Position numbers and translations under genes: made by a program
Shown: one piece after another, positions 28,067 through 37,794 of the stretch
Position numbering within the stretch: position 1 is the first letter of the stretch
Layout of the letters: every line of letters begins with the position of its first letter
The notes under the pieces: generated by a model
Seen by the model: only the letters and a program-made list of their open reading frames with translations
Told to the model about the DNA's origin: nothing
Database searches by the model: none
Source: a bacterium
GTDB taxonomy: Bacteria > UBA8248
Direction of reading: 5' to 3'
Length of the DNA stretch: 64,000 nucleotides
Assembly (NCBI GenBank): GCA_965261085.1
Contig: OZ253442.1
Location: 3,776,001 to 3,840,000 of the forward strand

Positions 28067-30376
28067 TCACATGGCATCGACCTCTTCCACCATCAGCGTG
28101 TAGGTGCCCTGGCAGATGCCAAAAGCGCCTGCCGACACGTAGTAGGTGGCGCCCTCATCCGGCGTGAAATCCACCCGGCTGTTGCGGTGGTCCACGCCGA
28201 TGTCGTCATTCCTCGTGCGGGCGATCCGGTCGCCCTCCTCGTCGTAGATCCCGCGCAGATACGGGTCGGGCAGCGTGCCGTCGCCCGTCGGCGACCCCTT
28301 CAGTTCGAAGCGGTACGTCTTGTGCGCCTCCAGCTCGACCGCGAACCAGTCCTGGTCGCCGAGCGGCTCGATGTCGCCCGTGGCCGAGCCGCCGACCACC
28401 ACCCTCCCGGTCGTGGTGGAGTCGGCCGCGTAGTCGTCCGAAACCTCGGTGACCGCCAGCGTGTAGGTGCCGACATAACCGCCGTCAGCGCCTGCCGACA
28501 CGTAGTAGGTGGCGCCCTCAGCCGGCGCGAAATACACCCGGCTGTTGCGGCCCACACCGCTGTCGTAATTCGTCGTGCCGTCGATCGGCTCGCTGTCGGC
28601 ATCGTGGATCCCGAGCAGAACCGGGTTAATCAAGGTGCCGCCGCCGGTCGGCGACCCCTCCAGGTCGAACCGATAGAGCTTGTCCGCCTCCAGGGTCACC
28701 GCAAACCAGTCGGTGTCGCCGGGGGCATCGATGTTGCCCGTGGCCGAGCCGCCGACCACAACCCGGCCGGAGGTGGTGACGTCGGCCGGCAGGTCGGCGT
28801 CGCCCTCCGAGACGCTCGCCGCCTCGTCCTGGGCCTGGGCTGTCTCGGGCTCCGCCGGCGGGACGACCGTTTCCGCAGGCGGCTCGTCCTGTTCCTGTTC
28901 CTGCGCCGCTAGCCGCTCCGCCTCCAGCCGCGCCACTTCGGCCGGGTCCGCGTCGCCCACCCCGTAGCGGAACACATACGCGTTCGCACCCGCCTCCCGC
29001 GCCTCCACCCGTACGTAATACGTCCCCGCCGGCAGCGTCTCGCGCATCCACTCGTTCGCCGTGCCGGAACGCTCGCTGCTGTGCAGCACGTTGCCCTCTG
29101 CGTCCTCCAGCACCAGGTCCGCATCGGCGTCCTGGCGCCGAAGCCCAAGCGCCACCTCGCGCGGCCCGCTCAGCGTGAACCGGTACCACGCCACCCCATC
29201 GGCGCCGCCGTCCAGCGTACCCCGCGGGAACCGCGCCGCTGCCAACTCCGTGATGTCCCCGAGGTCCTCGGCCGCCGCGCGCGCCGGGTCCGCAACAGGC
29301 GGATTGCCCTCCACCGGCTCATCCACGTCGGTGACGCTGACGGTCGCGGTGGTGTCGGTCGTCTGATCCCCGTCACTCGCCCGGACAGTCAGCTCGAAGC
29401 TGGTCGAACCGGTCTCGTAGTCCTCGCCCCCGCCCGTGTAGAACAGCTCGCCGCCGGCCGCGTCGATCTCGAACAGCCCCGCCGCGTTGCCCCCCTCGAT
29501 GCTGTAGGTCACTGAACCGCCGTCCGGATCCGTCGCCGAGACCGTGCCCAGCGATATCCGGTTCGCGCTGCCGTCCGTGTTCTCCGCCAGATCGAAGCCG
29601 TAGCCCGCCTGCCCAAACGCCGGTGCTTCCGCCACGTCGGTGACGTTGACGGTCGCGGTGGTGTCGGTCGTCTGATCCCCGTCGCTCGCCCGGACAGTCA
29701 GCTCGAAGCTGGTCGAACCGGTCTCGTAGTCCTCGCCCCCGCCCGTGTAGAACAGCTCGCCGCCGGTCGCGTCGATCTCGAACAGCCCCGCCGCGTTGCC
29801 GCCCTCGATGCTGTAGGTCAGCGTGTCGCCTTCCGGGTCTACCGCCGAGACCGTGCCCAGCGATATCCGGTTCGCGCTGCCGTCCGCGTTCTCCGGGAGT
29901 TCGAAACCGTAGAACTGAGAGCCGAATGCCGGTGGCTGCTGCTGAACCTGCTCCTGCGCGACCGGCGGATCCTCTGGATCCGGGTCCGGCGCCACGATCG
30001 GCGGCGAGGTGTCCGTCACCTCGACCTCGTAGGTGCCCCGGCCGGAAAAGATCCCCGCCGCGCCCGCCGCGATGTAGTGGGTCCCGCTCTCGGTCGCCGT
30101 GAAGGTCACCCGGCTGTTGTAGCCTTCGCCCCCGTCGTCGTTCGTCGTACGCGGAATGAGATTGCCGCCGGAATCGTGGATGCCGCGCAGATAGGGATCG
30201 CTCAGCGTGCCGTCGTCCGTGGGGCCGCCTCTCAGATCGATGACGTAGGTCCGCCCCGCCACCAGCTCCACCGCGAACCAGTCGCTGTCGCCGTTGCTCC
30301 CGATGTTGCCCGTGGCCGTGTCGCCCACCGCGACGGCGCCCGTGGTCTGTACGTCGGCCGTATAATCGTCAGGCAT
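28067..30376 (-). CDS. Acidic secreted protein with PPC-like and cadherin repeats (paralogue A)
   Basis: DxDWFAVxLxAG..Y repeats, two cadherin units (V.A.DP[ED]G...YSIEGGN..GLFEID...DYE); no signal peptide; ends VDAM. Confidence 0.82.
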   Translation of the reverse strand: MPDDYTADVQTTGAVAVGDTATGNIGSNGDSDWFAVELVAGRTYVIDLRGGPTDDGTLSDPYLRGIHDSGGNLIPRTTNDDGGEGYNSRVTFTATESGTHYIAAGAAGIFSGRGTYEVEVTDTSPPIVAPDPDPEDPPVAQEQVQQQPPAFGSQFYGFELPENADGSANRISLGTVSAVDPEGDTLTYSIEGGNAAGLFEIDATGGELFYTGGGEDYETGSTSFELTVRASDGDQTTDTTATVNVTDVAEAPAFGQAGYGFDLAENTDGSANRISLGTVSATDPDGGSVTYSIEGGNAAGLFEIDAAGGELFYTGGGEDYETGSTSFELTVRASDGDQTTDTTATVSVTDVDEPVEGNPPVADPARAAAEDLGDITELAAARFPRGTLDGGADGVAWYRFTLSGPREVALGLRRQDADADLVLEDAEGNVLHSSERSGTANEWMRETLPAGTYYVRVEAREAGANAYVFRYGVGDADPAEVARLEAERLAAQEQEQDEPPAETVVPPAEPETAQAQDEAASVSEGDADLPADVTTSGRVVVGGSATGNIDAPGDTDWFAVTLEADKLYRFDLEGSPTGGGTLINPVLLGIHDADSEPIDGTTNYDSGVGRNSRVYFAPAEGATYYVSAGADGGYVGTYTLAVTEVSDDYAADSTTTGRVVVGGSATGDIEPLGDQDWFAVELEAHKTYRFELKGSPTGDGTLPDPYLRGIYDEEGDRIARTRNDDIGVDHRNSRVDFTPDEGATYYVSAGAFGICQGTYTLMVEEVDAM

Positions 30377-30499
30377 GGCTGCCCCCTTTCCTTTCCCGTG
30401 CAATCAATTAAATATAAGTTCCCGTACCTTCGTCCGCCCGTACCCGTGGACGGACATCAGAGGGCCGGAGACGGAACCGCCCGGCGGTCTAGCGGACTT

Positions 30500-30802
30500 G
30501 CGATCTATTCATGAGGTTTGAGGCCTTGCGCAATATGCATCCGTGGAAACACGGATTCCCGTACACGTCATCTTTCTTCTTTCCCTTTCACGAAGCGCCC
30601 CATGAACCGGGCCCGTACGACCAAGTCGAGCGACACGGAGCCGGCTCGTGGTACGGAACCAGGCGCCTCCTGGCCAAAGTCTGATCACTTTTCAGGATAA
30701 ACGATTCGGACACACCTTGTGAAACGGGAAATTTTTGGGCTAGGGACACTTTAATTTGGGCAAATGCGGGGCCCTTGCGGGGGGGGGGGGGGCGATTGCC
30801 CT
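30500..30802 (-). promoter_or_regulatory. Conserved upstream module, copy 3
   Basis: Two degenerate heptamers (CATGAGG TTTGAGG), palindrome ATCCGTG-GAAA-CACGGAT (30539-30556), G14 tract at 30779-30792. Confidence 0.7.
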
Positions 30803-30870
30803 CGGCGCCCCGGCGCCTCGGGTCCGGTTCGGATCGACGCCATTCTGTCCGGACCGGCGCGGACCCGCCA

Positions 30871-33800
30871 TCACATGCCGTCGACTACCCACAGCGTGTA
30901 GGTGCCCAGGTGATTGCCAGAAGCGCCTGCCGACACGTAGTAGGTGGCGCTCTCGTCCGGCGTGAAAGACACCAAGCTGTTGTTGCCCCAGCCGCCGTCG
31001 TCATTCGCCGTGCCGTCGATCAGTTCGCCGTCCTCGTCGTAGATGCCGCGCAGATACGGGTCACCCAGGGTGCCGTGGTGCGTCGGCGACCCCATCAGGT
31101 GGAAGCGGTACGTCTTGCCCTCCCCCAGATCGACTGCGAACCAGTCCCGGTCACCGGGGGTTCCGATCGTACCCGTGACCCAGCCGTCGACCGCAACCGT
31201 CCCGGTCGTGGCGGGGTCGGCCGCGTAGTCGCCGTCCGGATTCTCGCTCTCGCTGACCCTCAGCGTGTAGGTGCCGGTCCAATAATCGTGGTCAGAGCCT
31301 GCCGACACGTAGTAGGTGGCATCCTCATTCGGTGTGAAAGACACCCGGCTGTTGCGGACCCGACCGCCGTCGTCGTTCGTCGTGCCGTCGATCCGGTTGC
31401 CGCCGGCATCGTAGATCCCGCGCAGATACGTGTCACGCAAGGTGCCGCTCCACGACCAGATTCCCTCCAGGTCGAACTGGTACGTCTTGCCCGCCTCCAG
31501 GGTCACCGCGAACCAGTCCCGGTCGCCGAAGTATCCGACATTGCCCGTGGCCGAGCCGCCCACCACAACCGTCCCGGTCGTGGTGGCATCGGCCGCGTAG
31601 TCGTCGGCCGGATTCTCGCTGACCCTCAGCGTGTAGGTGCCGGTTCTATTGCTGTAACCGCCGGCCGACACGTAGTAGGTGGCGTCCTCATCCGGCGTGA
31701 AATACACCCGGGTGTCGTAGCTTGCGCCGCCGTTGTCGTTCGTCGTGCCGTCGATCAGTTCGCCGTTGGCATCGTAGATGCCGCGCAGATACGGGTTGCG
31801 CAACGTGCTGGGGCCGGTCGCCCGCGCCTCCAGCTCGAACCGATAGAGCGTGCCCGCCTCCAGGGTCACTGCAAACCAGTCCCGGTCGCCATTGTATTCG
31901 ATAGTGCCCGTGGCCGAGCCGCCGACCACAACCCTCCCGGTCGTGGTGGAGTCGTCCGCGTAGGCGTCCGCGTAGTCGTCCGTCGCGTCGCTGACCGCCA
32001 GCGTGTAGGTGCCGACATCATTGCCGTAACCGCCTGCCGACACGTAGTAGGTGCCGCCCTCATCCGGCCTGAAATACACCCGGCTGTTGTAGTCCTCGCC
32101 GCCGCCCCAGTCCGTCGTGCCCTCGTGCCGGTCGCCGTTGGCATCGTAGATCCCGCGCAGATACGGGGCACCCAACGTGCCGTCGCCGGTCGACACTCCC
32201 TTGAGGTCGAAGCGATAGAGCTTGCCCGCCTCCAGGGTCACCGCAAACCAGTCGCGGTCGCCGGCGGGCTCGATAGTGCCCGTGGCCGAGCCGCCGACCA
32301 CAACCATCCCGGTCGTGGCGGTGTCGGCCGCGTAGTCGTCGGCCGGAGTCTCGCTGACCGCCAGCGTGTAAGTGCCGCGCCAACCGCCGTAAGCTCCTGC
32401 CGACACGTAGTAGGTGGCGTCCTCATCCGGCGTGAAATACACATAGCTGTTGACGCCCACGCCGCTGCCCCAGTCCGTCGTGCCGGCGTACCGGTCGCCG
32501 TCCTCGTTGTAGATCCCGCGCAGATACGTGTGCTCCAAGGTGCCGTCGCCGGTCCACGACCCCTTCTGGTCGAACCGGTAGCTCTTGCCCGCCTCCAGCT
32601 CGACCGCGAACCAGTCCCGGTCGCTGTTTCTCCCGATGTTGCCCGTGGCCGAGCCGCCGACCGCGACCCGGCCCGTGGTGGTGACGTCGGTCGGCAGGTC
32701 GGCGTCGCCCTCCGAGACGCTCGCCGCCTCGTCCTGGGCCTGGGCTGTCTCGGGCTCCGCCGGCGGGACGACCGTTTCCGCAGGCGGCTCGTCCTGTTCC
32801 TGTTCCTGCTGCTGAACCTGCTCCTGCGCGACCGGCGGATCCTCGGAATCCGGGTCCGGCGCCACGATCGGCGGCGAGGTGTCCGTCACCTCGACCTCGT
32901 AGGTGCCCCGGCCGGAAAAGATCCCCGCCGCGCCCGCCGCGATGTAGTGGGTGCCGCTCCCGGTCGCCGTGAAGGTCACCCGGCTGTTGTAGCCTTCGCC
33001 CCCGTCGTCGTTCCTCGTACGCGCAATGAGATTGCCGTCGGAATCGTGGATACCGCCCAGATAGGGATCGCTCAGCGTGCCGTCACCCGTGGGGCCGCCT
33101 CTCAGATCGATGACGTAGGTCCGCCCCGCCACCAGCTCCACCGCGAACCAGTCGCGGTCGCCGTTGCTCCCGACCTCGCCCGTGGCCGTGTCGCCGACCG
33201 TCACCCGCCCGCTCGTGGAGGCGCCCGCCGAGAAGTCCTCGCCGGCAGGTTCCGATACCGTCTGCGGCGTACTCTGGTCCGGTTGCGCAACAGGCGGATT
33301 GCCCTCCACCGGCTCATCCACGTCGGTGACGCTGACGGTCGCGGTGGCATCGGTCGTCTGATCCCCGTCACTCGCCCGGACGGTCAGCTCGAAGCTGGTC
33401 GAACCGGTCTCGTAGTCCTCGCCCCCGCCCGTGTAGAACAGTTCGCCGCCGGCCGCGTCGATCTCGAACAGCCCCGCCGCGTTGCCGCCCTCGATGCTGT
33501 AGGTCACTGAACCGCCGTCCGGATCCGTCGCCGAGACCGTGCCCAGCGATATCCGGTTCGCGCTGCCGTCCGCGTTCTCCGGGAGTTCGAAACCGTAGAA
33601 CCGAGAGCCGAATGCCGGTGGCTGCTGCTGAACCTGCTCCTGCGCCGATGCCTGCTCCGCCTCCAGCCGCGCCACTTCGACCGGGTCCGCGTCGCCCACC
33701 CCGTAGCGGAACACATACGCGTTCGCACCCGCCTCCTGCGCCTCAACCCGTACGTAATACGTCCCCGCCGGCAGCGTCTCGCGCATCCACTCGTTCGCCG

Positions 33801-34431
33801 TGCCGGAACGCTCGCTGCTGTGCAGCACGTTGCCCTCTGCGTCCTCCAGCACCAGGTCCGCATCGGCGTCCTGGCGCCGAAGCCCAAGCGCCACCTCGCG
33901 CGGCCCGCTCAGCGTGAACCGGTACCAGGCCACCGCATCGGCGCCGCCGTCGAGCGCGCCCCGCGGGAACCGCGCCGCCGCCAACTCCGTGATGTCCCCG
34001 AGGTCCTCGGCCGCCGCGCGCGCCGGCTCCGGCTCGGCCGGTGGCGGGTTTTCCACCGACCCCGGCGTCACGTCCGACACCCCCAGCGTGTAGGTCCCCG
34101 TCTCGTCGCGGTCGCCCGACGCACGCACGTAGTAGGTCCCAGTCTCACGCGCCGTGAACGTCACCCGGCTGTCGCGCCCGCCCTCGAAATCGTCGTTGTA
34201 GCTGCCCGACTGGTAGCGCCCCTCGCTGTCGTAGATGGCTCGCAGGAAGGTGTCGCGCAGCGTCCCGCCCCCGCTCGGGCTGCCTCCGAGGTCGAACTGG
34301 TAGGTCCGCCCCGCCTCCAACTCCACCGCGAACCAGTCCTGGTCATGGGCCGTCTCGATGGTCGCGGTGGCCGTACCGCCCACCGCGACCGAACCCGTGG
34401 TGCCGGTGTTTGCCGTATAATCGTCAGTCAT
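30871..34431 (-). CDS. Acidic secreted protein with PPC-like and cadherin repeats (paralogue B)
   Basis: Eight PPC-like units and one cadherin; shares near-identical DNA blocks with 28067-30376; ends VDGM. Confidence 0.82.
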   Translation of the reverse strand: MTDDYTANTGTTGSVAVGGTATATIETAHDQDWFAVELEAGRTYQFDLGGSPSGGGTLRDTFLRAIYDSEGRYQSGSYNDDFEGGRDSRVTFTARETGTYYVRASGDRDETGTYTLGVSDVTPGSVENPPPAEPEPARAAAEDLGDITELAAARFPRGALDGGADAVAWYRFTLSGPREVALGLRRQDADADLVLEDAEGNVLHSSERSGTANEWMRETLPAGTYYVRVEAQEAGANAYVFRYGVGDADPVEVARLEAEQASAQEQVQQQPPAFGSRFYGFELPENADGSANRISLGTVSATDPDGGSVTYSIEGGNAAGLFEIDAAGGELFYTGGGEDYETGSTSFELTVRASDGDQTTDATATVSVTDVDEPVEGNPPVAQPDQSTPQTVSEPAGEDFSAGASTSGRVTVGDTATGEVGSNGDRDWFAVELVAGRTYVIDLRGGPTGDGTLSDPYLGGIHDSDGNLIARTRNDDGGEGYNSRVTFTATGSGTHYIAAGAAGIFSGRGTYEVEVTDTSPPIVAPDPDSEDPPVAQEQVQQQEQEQDEPPAETVVPPAEPETAQAQDEAASVSEGDADLPTDVTTTGRVAVGGSATGNIGRNSDRDWFAVELEAGKSYRFDQKGSWTGDGTLEHTYLRGIYNEDGDRYAGTTDWGSGVGVNSYVYFTPDEDATYYVSAGAYGGWRGTYTLAVSETPADDYAADTATTGMVVVGGSATGTIEPAGDRDWFAVTLEAGKLYRFDLKGVSTGDGTLGAPYLRGIYDANGDRHEGTTDWGGGEDYNSRVYFRPDEGGTYYVSAGGYGNDVGTYTLAVSDATDDYADAYADDSTTTGRVVVGGSATGTIEYNGDRDWFAVTLEAGTLYRFELEARATGPSTLRNPYLRGIYDANGELIDGTTNDNGGASYDTRVYFTPDEDATYYVSAGGYSNRTGTYTLRVSENPADDYAADATTTGTVVVGGSATGNVGYFGDRDWFAVTLEAGKTYQFDLEGIWSWSGTLRDTYLRGIYDAGGNRIDGTTNDDGGRVRNSRVSFTPNEDATYYVSAGSDHDYWTGTYTLRVSESENPDGDYAADPATTGTVAVDGWVTGTIGTPGDRDWFAVDLGEGKTYRFHLMGSPTHHGTLGDPYLRGIYDEDGELIDGTANDDGGWGNNSLVSFTPDESATYYVSAGASGNHLGTYTLWVVDGM

Positions 34432-34554
34432 GGCTGCCCCCTTTCCTTTCCCGTGCAATCAATTAAATATAAGTTCCCGGACCTCCGTCCGCCCGTACCC
34501 GTGGACGGACATCAGAGGGCCGGAGACGGAACCGCCCGGCGGTCTAGCGGACTT

Positions 34555-34840
34555 GCGATCTATTCTTGAGGTTTGAGGCCTTGCGCAATATGCATCCGTG
34601 GAAACACGGATTCCCGTACACGCCATCTTTCTTCTTTCCCTTTCACGAGGCGCCCCATGAACCGGGCCCGTACGACCAAGTCGAGCGACACGTAGCCGGC
34701 TCGTGGTACGGAACCAGGCGCCTCCTGGCCAAAATATGATCACTTTCCAGGATAAACGATTCGGACACACCTTGTGAAACGGAAAATTTTTGGGCTAGGG
34801 ATATTTGTATTTGGGCATATGCGGGGCCTTGCGGGGGGGT
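34555..34840 (-). promoter_or_regulatory. Conserved upstream module, copy 4
   Basis: CTTGAGG TTTGAGG, palindrome at 34594-34611, G7 tract at 34833-34839; 34430-34835 is nearly identical to 30375-30780. Confidence 0.7.
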
Positions 34841-34910
34841 CGAGCGTTCGGCGTACCCGGAGACGGATGCCGGGATAGCGGCGTATTTGGGCAGGCTGTA
34901 AGGAAGCCCG

Positions 34911-35231
34911 GCGGCCACAGGCGAGGGGAGGAGACATGAGATGTCGAAACCCCCCAAACCGTAGGAACACGGCGCTACGGTGGCGATGGCGAAAGGCGAA
35001 ACAGGACGGAGGCGCGGTTGCGTAGTGCGGGTGGTAGGGGAGACGGGATGGTTCCGGCGACTCGGACCCGCCGGGATGCGCGGGAGTTTGAATTCGCCCG
35101 CTTTCGTTTTGATTGCATATTGCGGAAGGCGGATTCCGGATGAAGTTAGTAAAATAGGTATTTACGATTATATCAATAAGGTAATGGAATTTCTTCGCCG
35201 ATAAAAACACTCATCCGCCTCTAAGCGGGCG
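34911..35231 (+). repeat. ~320-bp direct repeat, copy 2, ending in att-like site C (35098-35231)
   Basis: Near-identical to 21151-21471. Confidence 0.9.
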
Positions 35232-35434
35232 TGAAACGGTATCGACGGACTCGTTATCCTGCCGGTTTCCGGGAAAATTTCCCTACCGCTACTTTCTCCT
35301 TCGCGCGCCTCTCCTGTCGGAAGTGGACTGATACCGGTTCAGGACGCGGCTCGGTGTTTTTCGTATGAACGTAGCCGGATACCCAACTTTCGTAAAATAT
35401 TCGTCGACATGTCATGCCTGCATATTGATCAAAT

Positions 35435-35571
35435 CCGGTTGCGAAACGATTACGTAATGAGGAAAGGCGCAATCAAGCGGGTTGCGGTGTTGGTGAGAAT
35501 AACAAGTGATAACAAATAGATACGAGACTTTTGAGCACGTGGAAATCCCCGTATGTTGCACAAGAGTGGCG
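35435..35571 (+). repeat. Divergent att-like site D overlapping the broken 3' end of an integrase
   Basis: CCGGTTGCGAAACGATTACGTAATGAGGAAAGGCG...TAACAAATAGATA...GTGGAAAT...GTGGCG, with the same spacing as sites A-C. Confidence 0.55.
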
Positions 35572-36570
35572 GAGGTCATGGAGGCGAACGCCGTCAAGGC
35601 CCGCGTGCGTGCGGACGGTCCGCCAGGCGTCGTCCAGCTTCCTGAGGTGCGTGCCCGGTTTCCTGCCGGGGATCACCCAGGGGCTGCCGGGCAGGCGCGG
35701 GAGAGCGGCGAGAAGCTTGACCACAGGCTGTGAGAGCGAAACGACCCGCGCGCCCGTCTTGGAGTCCGCGAGCCGCAGTTCCGCTTGATTGAGCGCCACC
35801 TCCTCCCAGCGCAGCGTGAGGATCTCCGATTTCCGGCACCCGGTCAGGATCAGGAGCTTGATGGCGGCCACCGCGCTCGCCGACGCGCCGCCCTTCGCCT
35901 CCGCCTCGTCCAGGGCGCGTCCCAGACGCACGAATTCCGACTCGGTGAGGAAGCGCTCCCGCCTGCGGCCGGGGTATTCGGAGATGGCGCGGCAGGGGTT
36001 TGATAATCCGTCAGGCGCCAGTTCCCAGCTCTCAGCCAGTTTGTACATCGCGGACAGCGCCCGGACGGCCTGGTTCGCGGCCGCGGGCGTCGCGCGCAGC
36101 CGCTGGTGGAGTTCCACCACGTGTTTGCGCCCGACCGACGCGAGGGGCAGCTTTCCCAGCGCCGGCACGATGTGCTTGCAAACCACGGAGCTGACCGTCT
36201 TCACGGTGCGCGGCTTACAGCGCACGGAGACGTATTCGGCTAGATAGCGCTTCGCGAGCTCGGCCACCGTGGGACCGCCTGCGGGGTTGAGTGGCTTGGG
36301 CACAGCCTCCTCGCCCGCCTTGATCCGCGCGATGACGAGCGCCGCGCGCTTGCGCGCCTGATCGGCATGTATCACCCCGTGGCGGCCCACCGCCACGCGC
36401 CTGGGGCCTCCCGGCCCCCGCGCCTGGGCGACGTACACCTTGGCCCCCGTGGGATATACCCGCACCCCGAAGCCGGTGAGGTCGCGGTCCCAATACACGG
36501 TGTCCTTCTCGACCGTTAGTTTCGTGACCGCGCGGTTCGAGAGCGTTTTCATCGTGGGCTTCGTCGTCAT
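35473..36570 (-). pseudogene. Tyrosine integrase truncated after HDLRHS (no LGH or catalytic Tyr)
   Basis: Arm-binding N-terminus, TGCRKSE and HDLRHS are present, then an unrelated tail; the paralogue continues YASRALALGE...LLGH...ARY. Confidence 0.82.
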
Positions 36571-37748
36571 CGCTCCATCCTCCCGTTCACGACGTGGACG
36601 CCGATGCTCTCGCCTACACGGGCGGCCGCCGCCTTCTCGGCGTCTCGCATCAGGTGTGCGTAGCGCGCCGTGCTCACCACGTGGCGGTGGCCGAGCAGCC
36701 TGCCGATCGCCGATAAACTCTCGCCGAGCGCCAGCGCCCGCGATGCGTAGCTATGTCTCAGGTCATGGATTCGTACATCGTCGAGCCCCGCCCGCTCCCT
36801 CACGGCCCCCCAGTAGTAGGAGAGGTTCCCCAGGCGGTTCTTCCCGTACCTTGAGGGGATCACCCAGGAGTTGTCCGGCGAGCGGGGGACCTCCTCCAGC
36901 ACCCTCTTGACGGGCGCCGTGAGCGGAACCATCCTCGGTCCCGCCTTGGCGTCCCTGAGCCTGAGCTCCCCCGCCGTGCGGTCCACGTCGTCCCACCTGA
37001 GGTCCAGTATCTCGCTCCGCCTGCACCCGGTCAGGGCCAGGAGCCTGATCGCCGCCACCGCAGGCGTCCACGTCCTCTCCTCCGCCTCCAGGTCACGGAG
37101 CGCGCGGCCCAGGCGGCGGAATTCCTCTTGCGTCAGGAACCGCTCCCGCTTACGCGTCCGGAAGCGGCGCACCGCCCGGCAGGGGTTCTCCCCGGGCGGG
37201 AGCAGGTCCCACGCCTCGGCCATCTTGAACATTTTAGAGAGTAGCCCCAGGGCCGCGTTGGCCACGGCGGGCGTCGCGCGGAGGCCGTGATGGAGTGCGG
37301 CGACCTCCGCCCGGCCGACCTCTTCGAGCGCCGTACCGCCCAGCGCAGGCTCGATGTGGTTCTCTAGCAAGGAGCGGTACGTCCTGGCGGTGTCGGGCTT
37401 GCAGTGCGTCCCGACGTGGTCGCTCATGAAACGCTCGGCAAGGCCCGCCACGGTGAGTTCCGCCTCGGGCGGCTTGGGCTCGGGCTCCTCGCCCCGCTTG
37501 ATGCGGTCGATGACGAGTGCGGCTTGTTTCCTCGCCTCATCGCACGACAACTCGCCGTGTTTGCCCAGCGTCACGCGCTTCGGTCCCCACGGACCCCGGG
37601 ACTGCACCACGTAGACCTTCCTGCCCGTGGCGTAGACCCGCACCCCGAAGCCCGCCAGCTCCCGGTCCCAGAAGACGGCGTCGTTCGTCTCGACAGATAG
37701 CGCGTCGACTACGCGTTTGGTAAGCTTGCGTTCGCTTCTTTTCGGCAT
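36567..37748 (-). CDS. Intact tyrosine integrase with arm-binding domain
   Basis: TGCRRSE, DAK, HDLRHSYAS, LLGH, TARYAH; 4-bp overlap with the downstream integrase. Confidence 0.93.
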   Translation of the reverse strand: MPKRSERKLTKRVVDALSVETNDAVFWDRELAGFGVRVYATGRKVYVVQSRGPWGPKRVTLGKHGELSCDEARKQAALVIDRIKRGEEPEPKPPEAELTVAGLAERFMSDHVGTHCKPDTARTYRSLLENHIEPALGGTALEEVGRAEVAALHHGLRATPAVANAALGLLSKMFKMAEAWDLLPPGENPCRAVRRFRTRKRERFLTQEEFRRLGRALRDLEAEERTWTPAVAAIRLLALTGCRRSEILDLRWDDVDRTAGELRLRDAKAGPRMVPLTAPVKRVLEEVPRSPDNSWVIPSRYGKNRLGNLSYYWGAVRERAGLDDVRIHDLRHSYASRALALGESLSAIGRLLGHRHVVSTARYAHLMRDAEKAAAARVGESIGVHVVNGRMER

Positions 37749-37794
37749 GGGCGCTCCCTGAAAATCGTGTCACGGGCCTGAGGATATGGACGAT

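Noticed and set aside
28067-34431. Diversity-generating retroelement behind the near-identical repeats
   Set aside because: There is no reverse transcriptase in the window, and differences between blocks are not visibly adenine-specific.
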